Positions 16,513 through 24,923 of a stretch of 29,844 nt of DNA are shown one piece after another; within the stretch, counting starts at the first letter, position 1, and each line of letters begins with the position of its first letter. Both the position numbers and the translations under genes were made by a program. The notes beneath the pieces are model-generated. The model searched no databases, was not told where the DNA came from, and saw only the letters and a program-made list of their open reading frames with translations. Origin of the DNA: a virus (Duplodnaviria; Caudoviricetes). The stretch is from positions 1 to 29,844 of IMG/VR virus record IMGVR_UViG_3300032324_000591; one strand, given 5' to 3'.

Positions 16513-17141
16513 TCGTCCTTACCTTGAATGCTATAAAACCAATCGTCGCCCGCGCTCCACTTGCGCGTGCCATCCACCGACCATAGATGTTGCGCTGCCT
16601 GGAAGTCGGGAAACTTCGTTTCAGAAGGAACCAGGCTTTGGTCATACCACAGGCACCGGTTGTTTGGCTGGCAGGCAAACTGCCCGTTCTCAAGGCGTAT
16701 GAAATTAAACGACTTGTGCTCTTCGGCTTGCTCGGTAAAACCCGTGTCCAGGTCTTGGCCGTCAGCGCAAAAATCCACGGTGAATAAGTAGTTGCCGTAA
16801 TACCATTGCTTGTCTTTGCCTAGAAACTTCACGCCCAGGTTGCGCAAAGCAATCTTCTCAACGACCGTAAACCGGTAGCCCATGCAGTCCCATAGCTGCA
16901 AGAAGTCGATGGGCAAATCACCGTGGTCTTCTTTCCAGACGTATGCGTGGATGGGCAGCTTGTCGTACAGCGCGCCGTAAGCTGGCAGCAACGACTCAAT
17001 CCTAAACACCTGGCCACGAAGACCTTTTATGCTGACCCAAACCGCAGGCTCTAGTTCGCCGTGGCCCTTGGTGAAGTTGTACAAAAACTCACGCCTTACA
17101 AAACACTTAATCGGGGGCAGTGATGCCACTAGATAGCTCAT
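16509..17141 (-). CDS. Conserved uncharacterised aquatic phage protein
   Basis: ATG 17141 is ATGA-coupled with SD AGGAG. Motifs GALYDKLPIHA, LQLWDC, YLFTVD, EHKSFNFIRLENGQFACQPNNR. Confidence 0.8.
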   Translation of the reverse strand: MSYLVASLPPIKCFVRREFLYNFTKGHGELEPAVWVSIKGLRGQVFRIESLLPAYGALYDKLPIHAYVWKEDHGDLPIDFLQLWDCMGYRFTVVEKIALRNLGVKFLGKDKQWYYGNYLFTVDFCADGQDLDTGFTEQAEEHKSFNFIRLENGQFACQPNNRCLWYDQSLVPSETKFPDFQAAQHLWSVDGTRKWSAGDDWFYSIQGKDE

Positions 17142-17515
17142 GTGTTCTCCTGTGGTGGTGTGCAAGTGTGAATCACTGTCAAGTCTTCTGTGCGCTTACC
17201 GCAACGGGGGCAAAAGTTACGCTCCTGCGCTGGCTGTGCTGCGGGTGGGGTGGTGTAGAGCTTTTCACCCCATGCCTTCGTTGCTTCTTCCCGCAATTGA
17301 GCAATCAACGCCTCTACCTCATCCCAATTTTGTAAGTACTGCGAGTAGTGAGGGTCATCATCTTGACCAAAGAGCACAACAGGCGGCGTAAGAGGGCCGA
17401 GATTAGCGCTGCCCATTCCCCCTATATGGTCTAGCATAAATGCCGTGTGGACTGCCCCACCTCTACGAATTTTTGCAGTCTCCTGTTTGTAGTAATCTTT
17501 TTGTTCAGGCGTCAT
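17138..17515 (-). CDS. Modular hypothetical protein with C-terminal CxxC..HxC knuckle
   Basis: ATGA-coupled; ends LYTTPPAAQPAQERNFCPRCGKR..IHTCTPP. Confidence 0.75.
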   Translation of the reverse strand: MTPEQKDYYKQETAKIRRGGAVHTAFMLDHIGGMGSANLGPLTPPVVLFGQDDDPHYSQYLQNWDEVEALIAQLREEATKAWGEKLYTTPPAAQPAQERNFCPRCGKRTEDLTVIHTCTPPQENT

Positions 17516-17880
17516 GTGTTCTTCTCCTTAAGTTTGGCTTCAGTTCTTGCAACCGTTTCAACATAAGTCGGGGCGGCACAAAATCCTTTTTCTTCATCCG
17601 TCAGCCCAACCCATGTGCGCTGTGCTGCTTTCATTCGCTCAATGTCGACCTTGAGTCCGAGAATAACAATCTCATAAGCAATCGACTCGCAGTGTTTTGC
17701 ACAAGGCGCTTGACCAGTGGGGTCGTCCGGCTGTGCTGCGGGTGGGGTGGTGTAGAGGGGTATCCAACCAACCCACGGGTTGCCTGTGCAAACCATTACA
17801 GTGCTGTGGTCACGAAATGCTGAGTCGTACCCTTCTTCGCTCGGGCGCATCCACGCCACAGGCTCCTGCGCTGGCTGTGC
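17221..17880. repeat. Dispersed exact repeats shared by adjacent accessory genes
   Basis: 29-bp GGCTGTGCTGCGGGTGGGGTGGTGTAGAG at 17232-17260 and 17729-17757; 19-bp GCTCCTGCGCTGGCTGTGC at 17221-17239 and 17862-17880. Confidence 0.9.
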
Positions 17881-17925
17881 CAGCTTGTCCTGCGCCATGT
17901 CCTTTTTGCTTTGATAGCCTGTCAT
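17512..17925 (-). CDS. Modular hypothetical protein (AQEPVAW / LYTTPP / WVGLTDEE motifs)
   Basis: Start MTGYQ at 17925 by ATGA coupling. Motif set typical of variable phage accessory genes. Confidence 0.75.
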   Translation of the reverse strand: MTGYQSKKDMAQDKLAQPAQEPVAWMRPSEEGYDSAFRDHSTVMVCTGNPWVGWIPLYTTPPAAQPDDPTGQAPCAKHCESIAYEIVILGLKVDIERMKAAQRTWVGLTDEEKGFCAAPTYVETVARTEAKLKEKNT

Positions 17926-18164
17926 GTTGTTCCCCTTGCTCGGATGGCGGCGGCACATTGGGCTCCGTATGCGTCAACTTCGTAATGAAGCGCATCACAC
18001 AACTCAATACACTTTTCACGCTCATCAGCACGGGCTGCTGCTTCTATTAATGCTGCAAACTTTTTGTTGAATAGGTCTTGATAAGCAGGGCCAACTTCCC
18101 AGTCTCCTGTTGAATTCTGGGCAGCATATTCTTCAGCTTCCTGTGTTAGTTCAATGATGTTCAT
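17922..18164 (-). CDS. Hypothetical phage protein (ERE.C...C..CAAAIRARG family)
   Basis: TGATG-coupled start; motif FAALIEAAARADEREKCIELCD..CAAAIRARG. Confidence 0.75.
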   Translation of the reverse strand: MNIIELTQEAEEYAAQNSTGDWEVGPAYQDLFNKKFAALIEAAARADEREKCIELCDALHYEVDAYGAQCAAAIRARGTT

Positions 18165-18382
18165 CACTTCCCCCATAATATAAAAGCCAGTAGCGTTACT
18201 GCTGCGGTAACAGCAATCACGGCAATGAGCGCTTTAAAAGTGTCCGCAACGTCATCGTATGGGTCAGCAACCCTGTCCCAACCACCACTTAGGTACGCAT
18301 CATCTGTTTCTTTTATACGCAACTTGCGTACAGGGCAGTCACGCCCTTGTGTGCAGTTACCGTTTGCGTTACAACAGTTCAT
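18164..18382 (-). CDS. Small membrane protein with Cys-rich N-terminus
   Basis: MNCCNANGNCTQGRDCPVR plus a C-terminal hydrophobic helix. Confidence 0.75.
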   Translation of the reverse strand: MNCCNANGNCTQGRDCPVRKLRIKETDDAYLSGGWDRVADPYDDVADTFKALIAVIAVTAAVTLLAFILWGK

Positions 18383-18603
18383 TGCTCCACCTCCTCATAA
18401 GTCATTGCAAAGATGTCAGGTTTGCATGGGTAGTGTTCACCCTTCACGCCAGTGATGATCCAGTCGCCAGATCGGACAAACATTTCGCCCTCAAGTGTTT
18501 TAATAGTTGGAACTGAGTTGTGGTTATAAAACACAGCAGGATGGTCGTCCATCTTGAACCACTGCGTGGCTTCGATAACTACGGGTTTCTTTCTGAATTT
18601 CAT
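18379..18603 (-). CDS. Conserved phage protein, KKPVVIEA/PGDYG-like family
   Basis: MKFRKKPVVIEA..IKTLEG..GDWIITGVKGEHYPCKPDIFAMTYE. Confidence 0.85.
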   Translation of the reverse strand: MKFRKKPVVIEATQWFKMDDHPAVFYNHNSVPTIKTLEGEMFVRSGDWIITGVKGEHYPCKPDIFAMTYEEVEQ

Positions 18604-18803
18604 TTGTATTCCTCCAGTCGTGCGTTAAGGCGGGCAATGCGGGTCACGTTATACGCCACTATGGACTGCGCATACTCGACTGCCGTTTCTGCAATCAGCT
18701 TCTCGCGATGGCATTCATCCAGCTCTGCCGCAATCATTTCCAGGGGCGATGGTTTTCTGAACGGGTCTTTGATCAGATCACGTAGCCCCATGTGGCGCAT
18801 CAT
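18600..18803 (-). CDS. Hypothetical helical phage protein
   Basis: Overlap-coupled on both sides; PSPLEMIAAEL..EYAQSIVAYN..RIARL. Confidence 0.75.
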   Translation of the reverse strand: MMRHMGLRDLIKDPFRKPSPLEMIAAELDECHREKLIAETAVEYAQSIVAYNVTRIARLNARLEEYK

Positions 18804-19063
18804 GCTGTGCCCCCTGCGGCCATCTTCTCTGCCCTCTTGCGCTCACGGTAGGTCCTGTTGTACTCGCGCTGTTTTTCTTTGGCCCTTTGCTGGGCGTAGT
18901 AGGCCCGTTGCCGTTCGCGTCGAAGGGCGATCTTTTCTTCGTCGGTAACTTTTGGCTTAGACACCGAGACGTTCCATGGCGTCATCACGTCGGCAAGTGC
19001 GCGTTGCAAGTCTTGGACCTGGTGCTCCAGTGCAGTGATACGGGTAAAGGGATTCCAATTCAT
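18800..19063 (-). CDS. Hypothetical basic coiled-coil protein
   Basis: SD GAGAAAGAAG and ATGA coupling; RERQRAYY..QREYNRTYRERKR. Confidence 0.7.
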   Translation of the reverse strand: MNWNPFTRITALEHQVQDLQRALADVMTPWNVSVSKPKVTDEEKIALRRERQRAYYAQQRAKEKQREYNRTYRERKRAEKMAAGGTA

Positions 19064-19242
19064 ACTTCTTTCTCCTGGTTAAAAGGGACCTGGTTACCCA
19101 GTCCAAAATCAAGCGCCTCAAGTACACGGTACATGTATTCGATTTGCTCTCTATGCGCGGCGAACGCTATCAAATCATCAGCCGGGGTGCCGCGTAAAAG
19201 GCCCAGCTTGAGTGCAGCTTTGTCAAGCTGTTCGGGTGTCAT
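19060..19242 (-). CDS. Hypothetical protein
   Basis: 60-aa ORF ATGA-coupled on both sides. Confidence 0.65.
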   Translation of the reverse strand: MTPEQLDKAALKLGLLRGTPADDLIAFAAHREQIEYMYRVLEALDFGLGNQVPFNQEKEV

Positions 19243-19427
19243 CCCTTGGTCCTCTCGACCCAGGCGATTACATCGGTTTCAAGCCAGACCAGACGTCGGC
19301 TGCCAGGTATCTTGAACCTGGGCGGCAGCACTTCTGGTCGGCGGCGCGCGTCGGACTTGATCGTCTCGACGCTGCGGTGTAGGAGCTTGGCCAGGTCAGC
19401 CGGGCCAAGTGTTTTAAGTGTGTTCAT
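19239..19427 (-). CDS. AlpA/excisionase-like HTH protein
   Basis: LGPADLAKLLHRSVETIK..LPPRFKIPGSRRLVWLETDVIAWV. Confidence 0.8.
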   Translation of the reverse strand: MNTLKTLGPADLAKLLHRSVETIKSDARRRPEVLPPRFKIPGSRRLVWLETDVIAWVERTKG

Positions 19428-19629
19428 TAAGTTTGGCCAAGTAGTGCTGCGCTTTAGCCGCGTCATCGGTGCCGTCTTTGCGGCCCTGGCGCATGCTGTA
19501 CTTGATCACATTGCCCTTGAGAAAACCAATGAACTCTTCGTGGCTAAGCACTGCCTCCATCACGGTCCAGGGTTGGACAGGCATGTCTTTGTAGTGGGTG
19601 CCGCCCACTTGTGTGTCGTCTGCTGCCAT
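19414..19629 (-). CDS. DUF3310-family protein
   Basis: QVGGTHYK..QPW..GFLKGNVIKY..R.GRK..DAAKAQHYL; TGATG-coupled to the polymerase. Confidence 0.85.
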   Translation of the reverse strand: MAADDTQVGGTHYKDMPVQPWTVMEAVLSHEEFIGFLKGNVIKYSMRQGRKDGTDDAAKAQHYLAKLNEHT

Positions 19630-21650
19630 CAGTCTATTTCCTTCATGTAGTAGGGTGTTGAAAATCCATCCGCACGTAACGGCAACCCTGGTGCCCACGT
19701 CAGGTCTCGGCCCATGATGGCCTCGATCTTTTTGAGATCATCTGGCTGATACGATTCGATGATGTCCTCGTCGTGCACCGTAAAGAGCTGGTCGAATCCG
19801 GCCTCGTCCAGTGCAAGCATCGACTCGGCCAGGCAGTCGCGCGCGATGGCCTGTGTGATGTTCTCCACCAGCTTGCCGCCGTATGTGGGCAGCCTGGTCC
19901 AGGTCTTGGTCTTTTGGTCCATGCCTTCGTATGTCAACGACCCGGCCCTGGCCACTACGTACTGGGCACCGGTCTTGCTGTTCTCGCGCACCAGGTCCTC
20001 GCCAGCAATGTATGGCTTGACGTAGAACAGTTTGCGACCTGATGGCAGCGTGATCGTCAGGAAGCCGGACTCCCAGGTAAAGACAAGCGCGGCCCGGCCA
20101 CCGGCAATCCGTAAGACTTCGTTTGAGTGGTTGGCCACCGCGTGCTGGGCTGCGCCTTCAACCGCGTACCAGAGCTTCACGATCTCGGGGTTGGCCTCGC
20201 GCCATGCCACCTTGATGGGGTCCAGCTCGTCCTCTGTCAGGCCCATGGCCAGAGCGCCCATGGTTTTCAGCGCACCGGCTCCGCCCTGGTAGCCCAAGGC
20301 CAGCTCTGCGATCTTGCCCTTCTGCCGGTATGGTGACTTCTTGCCCACCGATCCGGGCGTCAGCTTGAACATTTGCTCTGCGCTTGCTTCGTAGATTTTG
20401 CCGTGGGTCTTGAACACATCCAGACGCCACGTACACCAGGCCAGCCAAGCGATTACGCGGGCCTCAATGGCGCTGAAATCGACCGGCATGAGGGTAGCCC
20501 CCTGCCTGGGTATAAAGGCCGTCCTAATGAGCTGTGAGAGCGTGTCAGGCACGTTGCCAAAAAGCAACTCCAGGGTTTCATAATCACGCGTCTTCAGTAA
20601 CCTGCGAGCTGCGTCAATATCCTTGAGCTTGTTCTGGGGCAGGTTCTGCACCTGCACGATCCGGCCAGCCCAGCGGCCAGTGCGGTTGGCACCGTAGAAC
20701 TGGGTCAGGCCGCGCACGCAGTCGTCGACGTCACTCATGGCCCTGGCCATGGCGTGGTACTTGGACACGCTGGTCTTGGCCAGCTCCTGGCGCAGCTCAA
20801 GTACCCTGCGAACGACGTCGCTGTCGGTGTTGGCCAAAAGCACGGGCACGGTCTTCTTGGTCAGGTCGGCGATGGTGTCGTCGTCCTCTTCCTCTTGCAG
20901 CCAGGCGATGAGCTGGTTGCGGCTGTTGGGGTTGTCCAAGCCGGTTAGGCGCATGGCTTCGTTCAATGTGCGCTGGCGCACAATGCCGTCGCACTCGATG
21001 GCTGCCTCGACCAGATCGCGATCCAGCTTTGCGCCCTTGGTCATCATGCGATGGTCCAGGTGCCAGAGCTTCCACTCGCTATCGGGCACCGGGAACTTGG
21101 CCAGCTTTTGCGCGATGGCGTCTTCGGACTCGATGTCGCGCGCGCAGTATTCTTTGAAGAGCTGCCACTTGGCCGGGTCGTGTTGTGACCGGTTGCGAGT
21201 GCGGCCACCGTTGACCTTGGTCGGTTTGCATGGGATGCAGAAGTACCTGATCAGGGACCAGCCAATGGACATCTTTTGCTTGTCACCGCTCAAGCCCACG
21301 ACCTTGCCCACGTCTGCGAGGTTGCCTGGCATTCCCAAGTACAGGGCATGCACGCTGGTGCAGCGCCACTGGGTTACGTCAAGCGAGTCGATCAAGTGCA
21401 TGTTCAAGCAGGCCAGCTCGAAGGCCGCGTTGTATGCGGTCTTCAGAATTTTGGGATCGTAAAGGGCTAGGATGATGTGGGCCGGTATCTCTTCGCCAGC
21501 CGCCAGGTCAATGACGTGGGGCTGGCCGGTGCCGTACTTGTAGCCAAACAACATGATCTCAAAGTCGTCGGCCTCGACGTACTTATGCACGCCAACCTTG
21601 GGCAGGTTAGCGCTGCTGTAAGTCTCCAGGTCTATCCGCAGTGTGGTCAT
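19629..21650 (-). CDS. polA: Family A DNA polymerase with 3'-5' exonuclease (APSE/SPO2-like)
   Basis: Exonuclease motifs DLETYS, AYNAAFE, YCARD; polymerase motifs DFSAIEAR, RQKGKIAELALGY, TVHDE. Confidence 0.95.
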   Translation of the reverse strand: MTTLRIDLETYSSANLPKVGVHKYVEADDFEIMLFGYKYGTGQPHVIDLAAGEEIPAHIILALYDPKILKTAYNAAFELACLNMHLIDSLDVTQWRCTSVHALYLGMPGNLADVGKVVGLSGDKQKMSIGWSLIRYFCIPCKPTKVNGGRTRNRSQHDPAKWQLFKEYCARDIESEDAIAQKLAKFPVPDSEWKLWHLDHRMMTKGAKLDRDLVEAAIECDGIVRQRTLNEAMRLTGLDNPNSRNQLIAWLQEEEDDDTIADLTKKTVPVLLANTDSDVVRRVLELRQELAKTSVSKYHAMARAMSDVDDCVRGLTQFYGANRTGRWAGRIVQVQNLPQNKLKDIDAARRLLKTRDYETLELLFGNVPDTLSQLIRTAFIPRQGATLMPVDFSAIEARVIAWLAWCTWRLDVFKTHGKIYEASAEQMFKLTPGSVGKKSPYRQKGKIAELALGYQGGAGALKTMGALAMGLTEDELDPIKVAWREANPEIVKLWYAVEGAAQHAVANHSNEVLRIAGGRAALVFTWESGFLTITLPSGRKLFYVKPYIAGEDLVRENSKTGAQYVVARAGSLTYEGMDQKTKTWTRLPTYGGKLVENITQAIARDCLAESMLALDEAGFDQLFTVHDEDIIESYQPDDLKKIEAIMGRDLTWAPGLPLRADGFSTPYYMKEID

Positions 21651-21723
21651 CAAGTTGTTCCAGTAGTAGGGCTATCAGTCGTTCGTAGTGAAGTACCAAA
21701 AGCCAAAGCTCTTCTTCGGTCAT
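21607..21723 (-). CDS. Putative 38-aa small protein upstream of the polymerase
   Basis: GGGGA SD; MTEEELWLLVLHYERLIALLLEQLDDHTADRPGDLQQR; fills the intergenic gap and overlaps the polymerase start. Confidence 0.5.
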   Translation of the reverse strand: MTEEELWLLVLHYERLIALLLEQLDDHTADRPGDLQQR

Positions 21724-21759
21724 ATCGTCCCCGCTGTTGGGTGAAGGTTGGCCCTCACC

Positions 21760-21786
21760 AAACAGCCCCCGGCCTCCGGGGTGCTG
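21760..21786 (-). terminator. GC-rich hairpin (weak terminator or processing site)
   Basis: Minus strand CAGC-A-CCCCGG-AGG-CCGGGG-GCTG followed by only TTT. Confidence 0.45.
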
Positions 21787-21792
21787 TGCCGA

Positions 21793-21978
21793 TTAGTTGG
21801 CTTCGATAACTTCAACCTCGGCCTCTTCCGGGGTCTCGGTTTGTTGCTGCTGGTTTGCTTGAGCAATCACGTCAAAGACCAGCTCGTGGACTGTTTCGTG
21901 AGGCAGCTTGCGCAAAGCGGCAACAATTAAATTGCAGGATTCTGCGGTGAGTTTGATGTCCAGGAATTTTGGTTCCAT
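21793..21978 (-). CDS. Small conserved phage protein
   Basis: SD AAGGA; IKLTAESCNLIVAALRKLPHETVHELV..IAQA. Confidence 0.75.
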   Translation of the reverse strand: MEPKFLDIKLTAESCNLIVAALRKLPHETVHELVFDVIAQANQQQQTETPEEAEVEVIEAN

Positions 21979-21989
21979 GATGTTTTCCT

Positions 21990-22535
21990 TTAAGATAAAA
22001 AGTCTTCTTCCACTGCGGTGAAGTCTTCGCTTGCGCGAGAGCCTCCGCCAAAGCGTTCGCCGTCTGCAAGTTTTTGCACGTTGTTCAACCCGGATGCGAT
22101 CCCCTTGTTGCCATCGACATTGAAAGCGTAGAAGTTGATCGAAGCGCGGGCATAGCAGCCGCTGTAAACCTCAGACTTATCCATGATGGGGTTCAATCCC
22201 ATATCTACAACGTCCGGCTTTTTGCTGGTGTTGCAATTGATAAAGAAGTGACCCTTGTACTCTGGCGATTTCTCGGTGTCGCGCTCGGTGTCGCCATCAC
22301 GCAGTGGTGAGTTGTAACTGGCCAAGTGCTTGCCGCCCCAGGTAATCGCTGCTTTGGGGTCAGCCTTCACCGCGTCAATTGCGTTTTTGATTTTGTCCAG
22401 TGTTGCTTTGTCCGACTTGGCAATCAAAAGGCAAACGCTGTATTTGCCCTTGTCGTTCAGATCGAACACGTTAACGTAAGACAAACGCACTTTGCCGGTG
22501 ATGACTTTGGTCGAGGGGGCTAGTTTTTCAGACAT
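21990..22535 (-). CDS. DUF2815 ssDNA-binding protein (T7 gp2.5-like)
   Basis: VRLSY..KYSVCLLI..PLRDGD..VYSGCYARASINFYAF..GNKGIASGLNNVQKLADGE; acidic tail. Confidence 0.92.
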   Translation of the reverse strand: MSEKLAPSTKVITGKVRLSYVNVFDLNDKGKYSVCLLIAKSDKATLDKIKNAIDAVKADPKAAITWGGKHLASYNSPLRDGDTERDTEKSPEYKGHFFINCNTSKKPDVVDMGLNPIMDKSEVYSGCYARASINFYAFNVDGNKGIASGLNNVQKLADGERFGGGSRASEDFTAVEEDFLS

Positions 22536-22549
22536 ACTGTTTTCCTAAT

Positions 22550-23713
22550 TTACGGTTTGAAATCCTCGGCGGCGGATGCCGACAAGGTGATTGCTGGTCT
22601 CTTGTCTCCTTCGAGAACCAGCGTTGGTTTACCTGCTGGCTTGACGATCAAATCGCCCAGTAGCTCGGTGAACTTCTTTTTGCCAAGCGCTTCTGTCATG
22701 GCTGTAATGCCAAGCAAACTGCGCTCGAACATGATCTCTTCAGGGATGCCGCTCTCCCTGAGCTTGGCAGCCACATCGTCATGGCTGCCGTACTTGCGAT
22801 TGGACCGGCCCTCTACCAGCTTGAACCCAGGCACCATGACGTTGTGCTTGGTGGCCTGATCAAGTGCGTGGGCTTTTAGGTCGTTGAACCAGTCGATTAC
22901 CGTGTCAGCCTTGGGCAAGAGCTGCGCGATGCGTTCCATCGACAGCGTGGTCACTGCCGGTGGGACCGGTTCGGAGAACTCTGCCTTGGCTATGGCCAGT
23001 GAAGCCTCGGCCCTGGCCGGGCATGTGAACCTGGCCCTGCAAAACGATTCCTTGCAGTGATCGCCTGGTACGAATTCGCCCGCGCCCACCCATGCCTTCT
23101 TGGCCTTGGGCACCACTTCGCTTTGGCCCCATGCAAGCAGCTCTTCCATCGAGACGTCCTCGCTGCGGAAATTGCCCAGTCGTGGCTGGAGCACGGTCAT
23201 GCGCACTCGAAAGATGTCGTACAGGTGGCACAGCTCATAGTAGGCACCCAAGCCGTACAGACGGAGCTGGCTGTTGTTGATCGGGTCCACGTAGATGCCT
23301 TTGCCGTACTTCAGGTCCATCACTTCGACCAAGCCATCGGTGATGATGACCAAGTCACCAGTGCCAAAGCCCTCGGGCACCCACAAGCTGAAGTCCAGGC
23401 GCTGCTCGACCAGGATGACCGGGTCTTTGCATCGCGCACGGGCGTCGTCAATGCGGTTGATCGCGTAATCGACCGCCTCGGCTACGTAGCCGCGTAGCTC
23501 AGGGCTGTCGTGGTGCATCAGCTCTTTGGGCAACGGGTCGCACGGTCGGCCCAGGTAGGTCAGCAGGCTCTGCTCAAACACCGCGTGGGCGAAGGTGCCT
23601 TCGCTTGCGAAGTTGCTGCCCTCGTCGGGGAGCTGGCTCTCAATCTGCGCGCTTGGCGTGCAGACCATCCACTTGCCGCTTCCGCTGGCGCTGAGTTTGG
23701 CGTGGGCTGTCAC
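22550..23713 (-). CDS. DUF2800 PD-(D/E)XK (Cas4-like) nuclease
   Basis: HAKLSAS..W..CTPS, EGTFAH, VEQRLD..GFGTGD..DLKYGKG, QLRLY, terminal Cys cluster; GTG start. Confidence 0.92.
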   Translation of the reverse strand: MTAHAKLSASGSGKWMVCTPSAQIESQLPDEGSNFASEGTFAHAVFEQSLLTYLGRPCDPLPKELMHHDSPELRGYVAEAVDYAINRIDDARARCKDPVILVEQRLDFSLWVPEGFGTGDLVIITDGLVEVMDLKYGKGIYVDPINNSQLRLYGLGAYYELCHLYDIFRVRMTVLQPRLGNFRSEDVSMEELLAWGQSEVVPKAKKAWVGAGEFVPGDHCKESFCRARFTCPARAEASLAIAKAEFSEPVPPAVTTLSMERIAQLLPKADTVIDWFNDLKAHALDQATKHNVMVPGFKLVEGRSNRKYGSHDDVAAKLRESGIPEEIMFERSLLGITAMTEALGKKKFTELLGDLIVKPAGKPTLVLEGDKRPAITLSASAAEDFKP

Positions 23714-23964
23714 TGGTCACGCTCCACAAGCATTGCGTCTGCCACTTGGTATGCGCGTCGAGCGGTAATGTCGGCGCGGGCGTAATCAATCCCTGACGCA
23801 AAGTCACCCTGCATAGCCAACCCGGCAAAATGGTCGCGCAAAGCCTCTTGGTCGTCGGTCTTGCTGGCAATTCGGATGTGCTCACGCACGTATTTCTCGG
23901 CGTCATCAAACGTCATCTCGCCGCGCGACAAAAGGTGGAAAATGTCTTCAATAGACGGAATCAT
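23710..23964 (-). CDS. Conserved phage protein (LRD.FA..AMQG..AY..ADAML family)
   Basis: Motif present; ATGA coupling. Confidence 0.8.
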   Translation of the reverse strand: MIPSIEDIFHLLSRGEMTFDDAEKYVREHIRIASKTDDQEALRDHFAGLAMQGDFASGIDYARADITARRAYQVADAMLVERDQ

Positions 23965-24155
23965 TTTGCTTCTCCCATAGTGTTGTACCAAGCGATGGCA
24001 TCGTCGCTGATCTTGGCGATGTTGGCGCTGATGTAGGTCGCGATGATGAGGGCCGGTGTGGGCGGCTCGTCCAGGGCCTCGGGCCGGTCCAAGTTGCCTT
24101 CGATGGTGTACTCACCGTCGGGCATGTCTTTGATGACGATGGTCGCCGTGATCAT
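23961..24155 (-). CDS. Hypothetical protein
   Basis: 64-aa ORF coupled on both sides. Confidence 0.7.
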   Translation of the reverse strand: MITATIVIKDMPDGEYTIEGNLDRPEALDEPPTPALIIATYISANIAKISDDAIAWYNTMGEAK

Positions 24156-24550
24156 AGGGCCTCCGCTGCTGCCAGGACGTCTGCGTATTGGTCGGCCTTC
24201 AGGTCGGTGAGCTTCGTGCCGCCGAATTTGGCGATCAGGACCTTGATGTCGTCCTTCTTGCCGCCCTGGCTCAGCTCGGTCAGCTTGGCACGGACTTGCT
24301 CCAGGGTGACGGCGGATGCTTCAGGTTCGACAGCCGGGGCGTCGGGCTTCTTGAGCTTGCGCACCACCGCTTTGGGGGTCGTGGCATCCATCCCGGCGGC
24401 AACGACAACCGGAAGGTCTGGATGCTCAACAAGCTCTTGGGCGGCTGAGCTTGCCTGGGGTGTCGCTTTTATGTAGGCCATCATGGCCTGGGTGAGCGCG
24501 GCGACTTGCTGCGGGGTCTCTGGTGTGAATGTGATTTGAATCATGGCCAT
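24152..24550 (-). CDS. Conserved protein that typically precedes DUF2800 nucleases
   Basis: C-terminus VTLEQVRAKL..LIAKFGGTKLTDLKADQYADVLAAAEAL. Confidence 0.8.
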   Translation of the reverse strand: MAMIQITFTPETPQQVAALTQAMMAYIKATPQASSAAQELVEHPDLPVVVAAGMDATTPKAVVRKLKKPDAPAVEPEASAVTLEQVRAKLTELSQGGKKDDIKVLIAKFGGTKLTDLKADQYADVLAAAEAL

Positions 24551-24562
24551 CTCTCTTTTGTG

Positions 24563-24799
24563 TTACGGGGTTACGGGATCGGTGCTGAGGTTGCGGTATT
24601 GACTAATATAGGCGGAGCCTTGGAGGTCGTATTCGCTGGTCTTGTTGATTTGGAAATACTGTTCGACGTACTCTTTGACGCTGCAAAAGGTCCCGATCTG
24701 GGGGAACTCGCGCTGCTCAGGTACGCGCTTTTGCTTTCGTAGATCGGCCATAAATTCTTTGATCTTGGCCTTCATTGCTGGGGTGTCTTTCTTTGACAT
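24563..24799 (-). CDS. Hypothetical protein, first gene of the leftward operon
   Basis: SD AAGGA before ATG 24799, downstream of the leftward promoter. Confidence 0.7.
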   Translation of the reverse strand: MSKKDTPAMKAKIKEFMADLRKQKRVPEQREFPQIGTFCSVKEYVEQYFQINKTSEYDLQGSAYISQYRNLSTDPVTP

Positions 24800-24836
24800 A
24801 CTGGTTTCCTTTTTTACTGGGTTGGTGGTGAAACGG

Positions 24837-24866
24837 ATGATAGCACAGCTTTCGATTGGCGTGCAA
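24837..24866 (-). promoter_or_regulatory. Leftward sigma70 promoter
   Basis: TTGCAC, 18-bp spacer, TATCAT with extended TGn. Confidence 0.7.
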
Positions 24867-24898
24867 GCGTTATGTTTTAGCGGGCTGTGGCGTACTAT

Positions 24899-24916
24899 GA
24901 AATCCCTGCTATCATC
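24899..24916 (+). promoter_or_regulatory. Rightward extended -10 promoter (likely leaderless cro mRNA)
   Basis: TGC-TATCAT at 24907-24915; ATG 8 nt downstream; no SD. Confidence 0.55.
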
Positions 24917-24923
24917 GCCCATT

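Noticed and set aside
17221-17880. Repeats as a DGR template/variable pair or att sites
   Set aside because: The copies are short and identical with no adenine-specific differences; there is no reverse transcriptase or integrase in the window.
22550-23713. Cas4-like nuclease as evidence of a CRISPR-Cas system
   Set aside because: It lies in the standard DUF2800-DUF2815-PolA replication module; there is no array or other cas gene.
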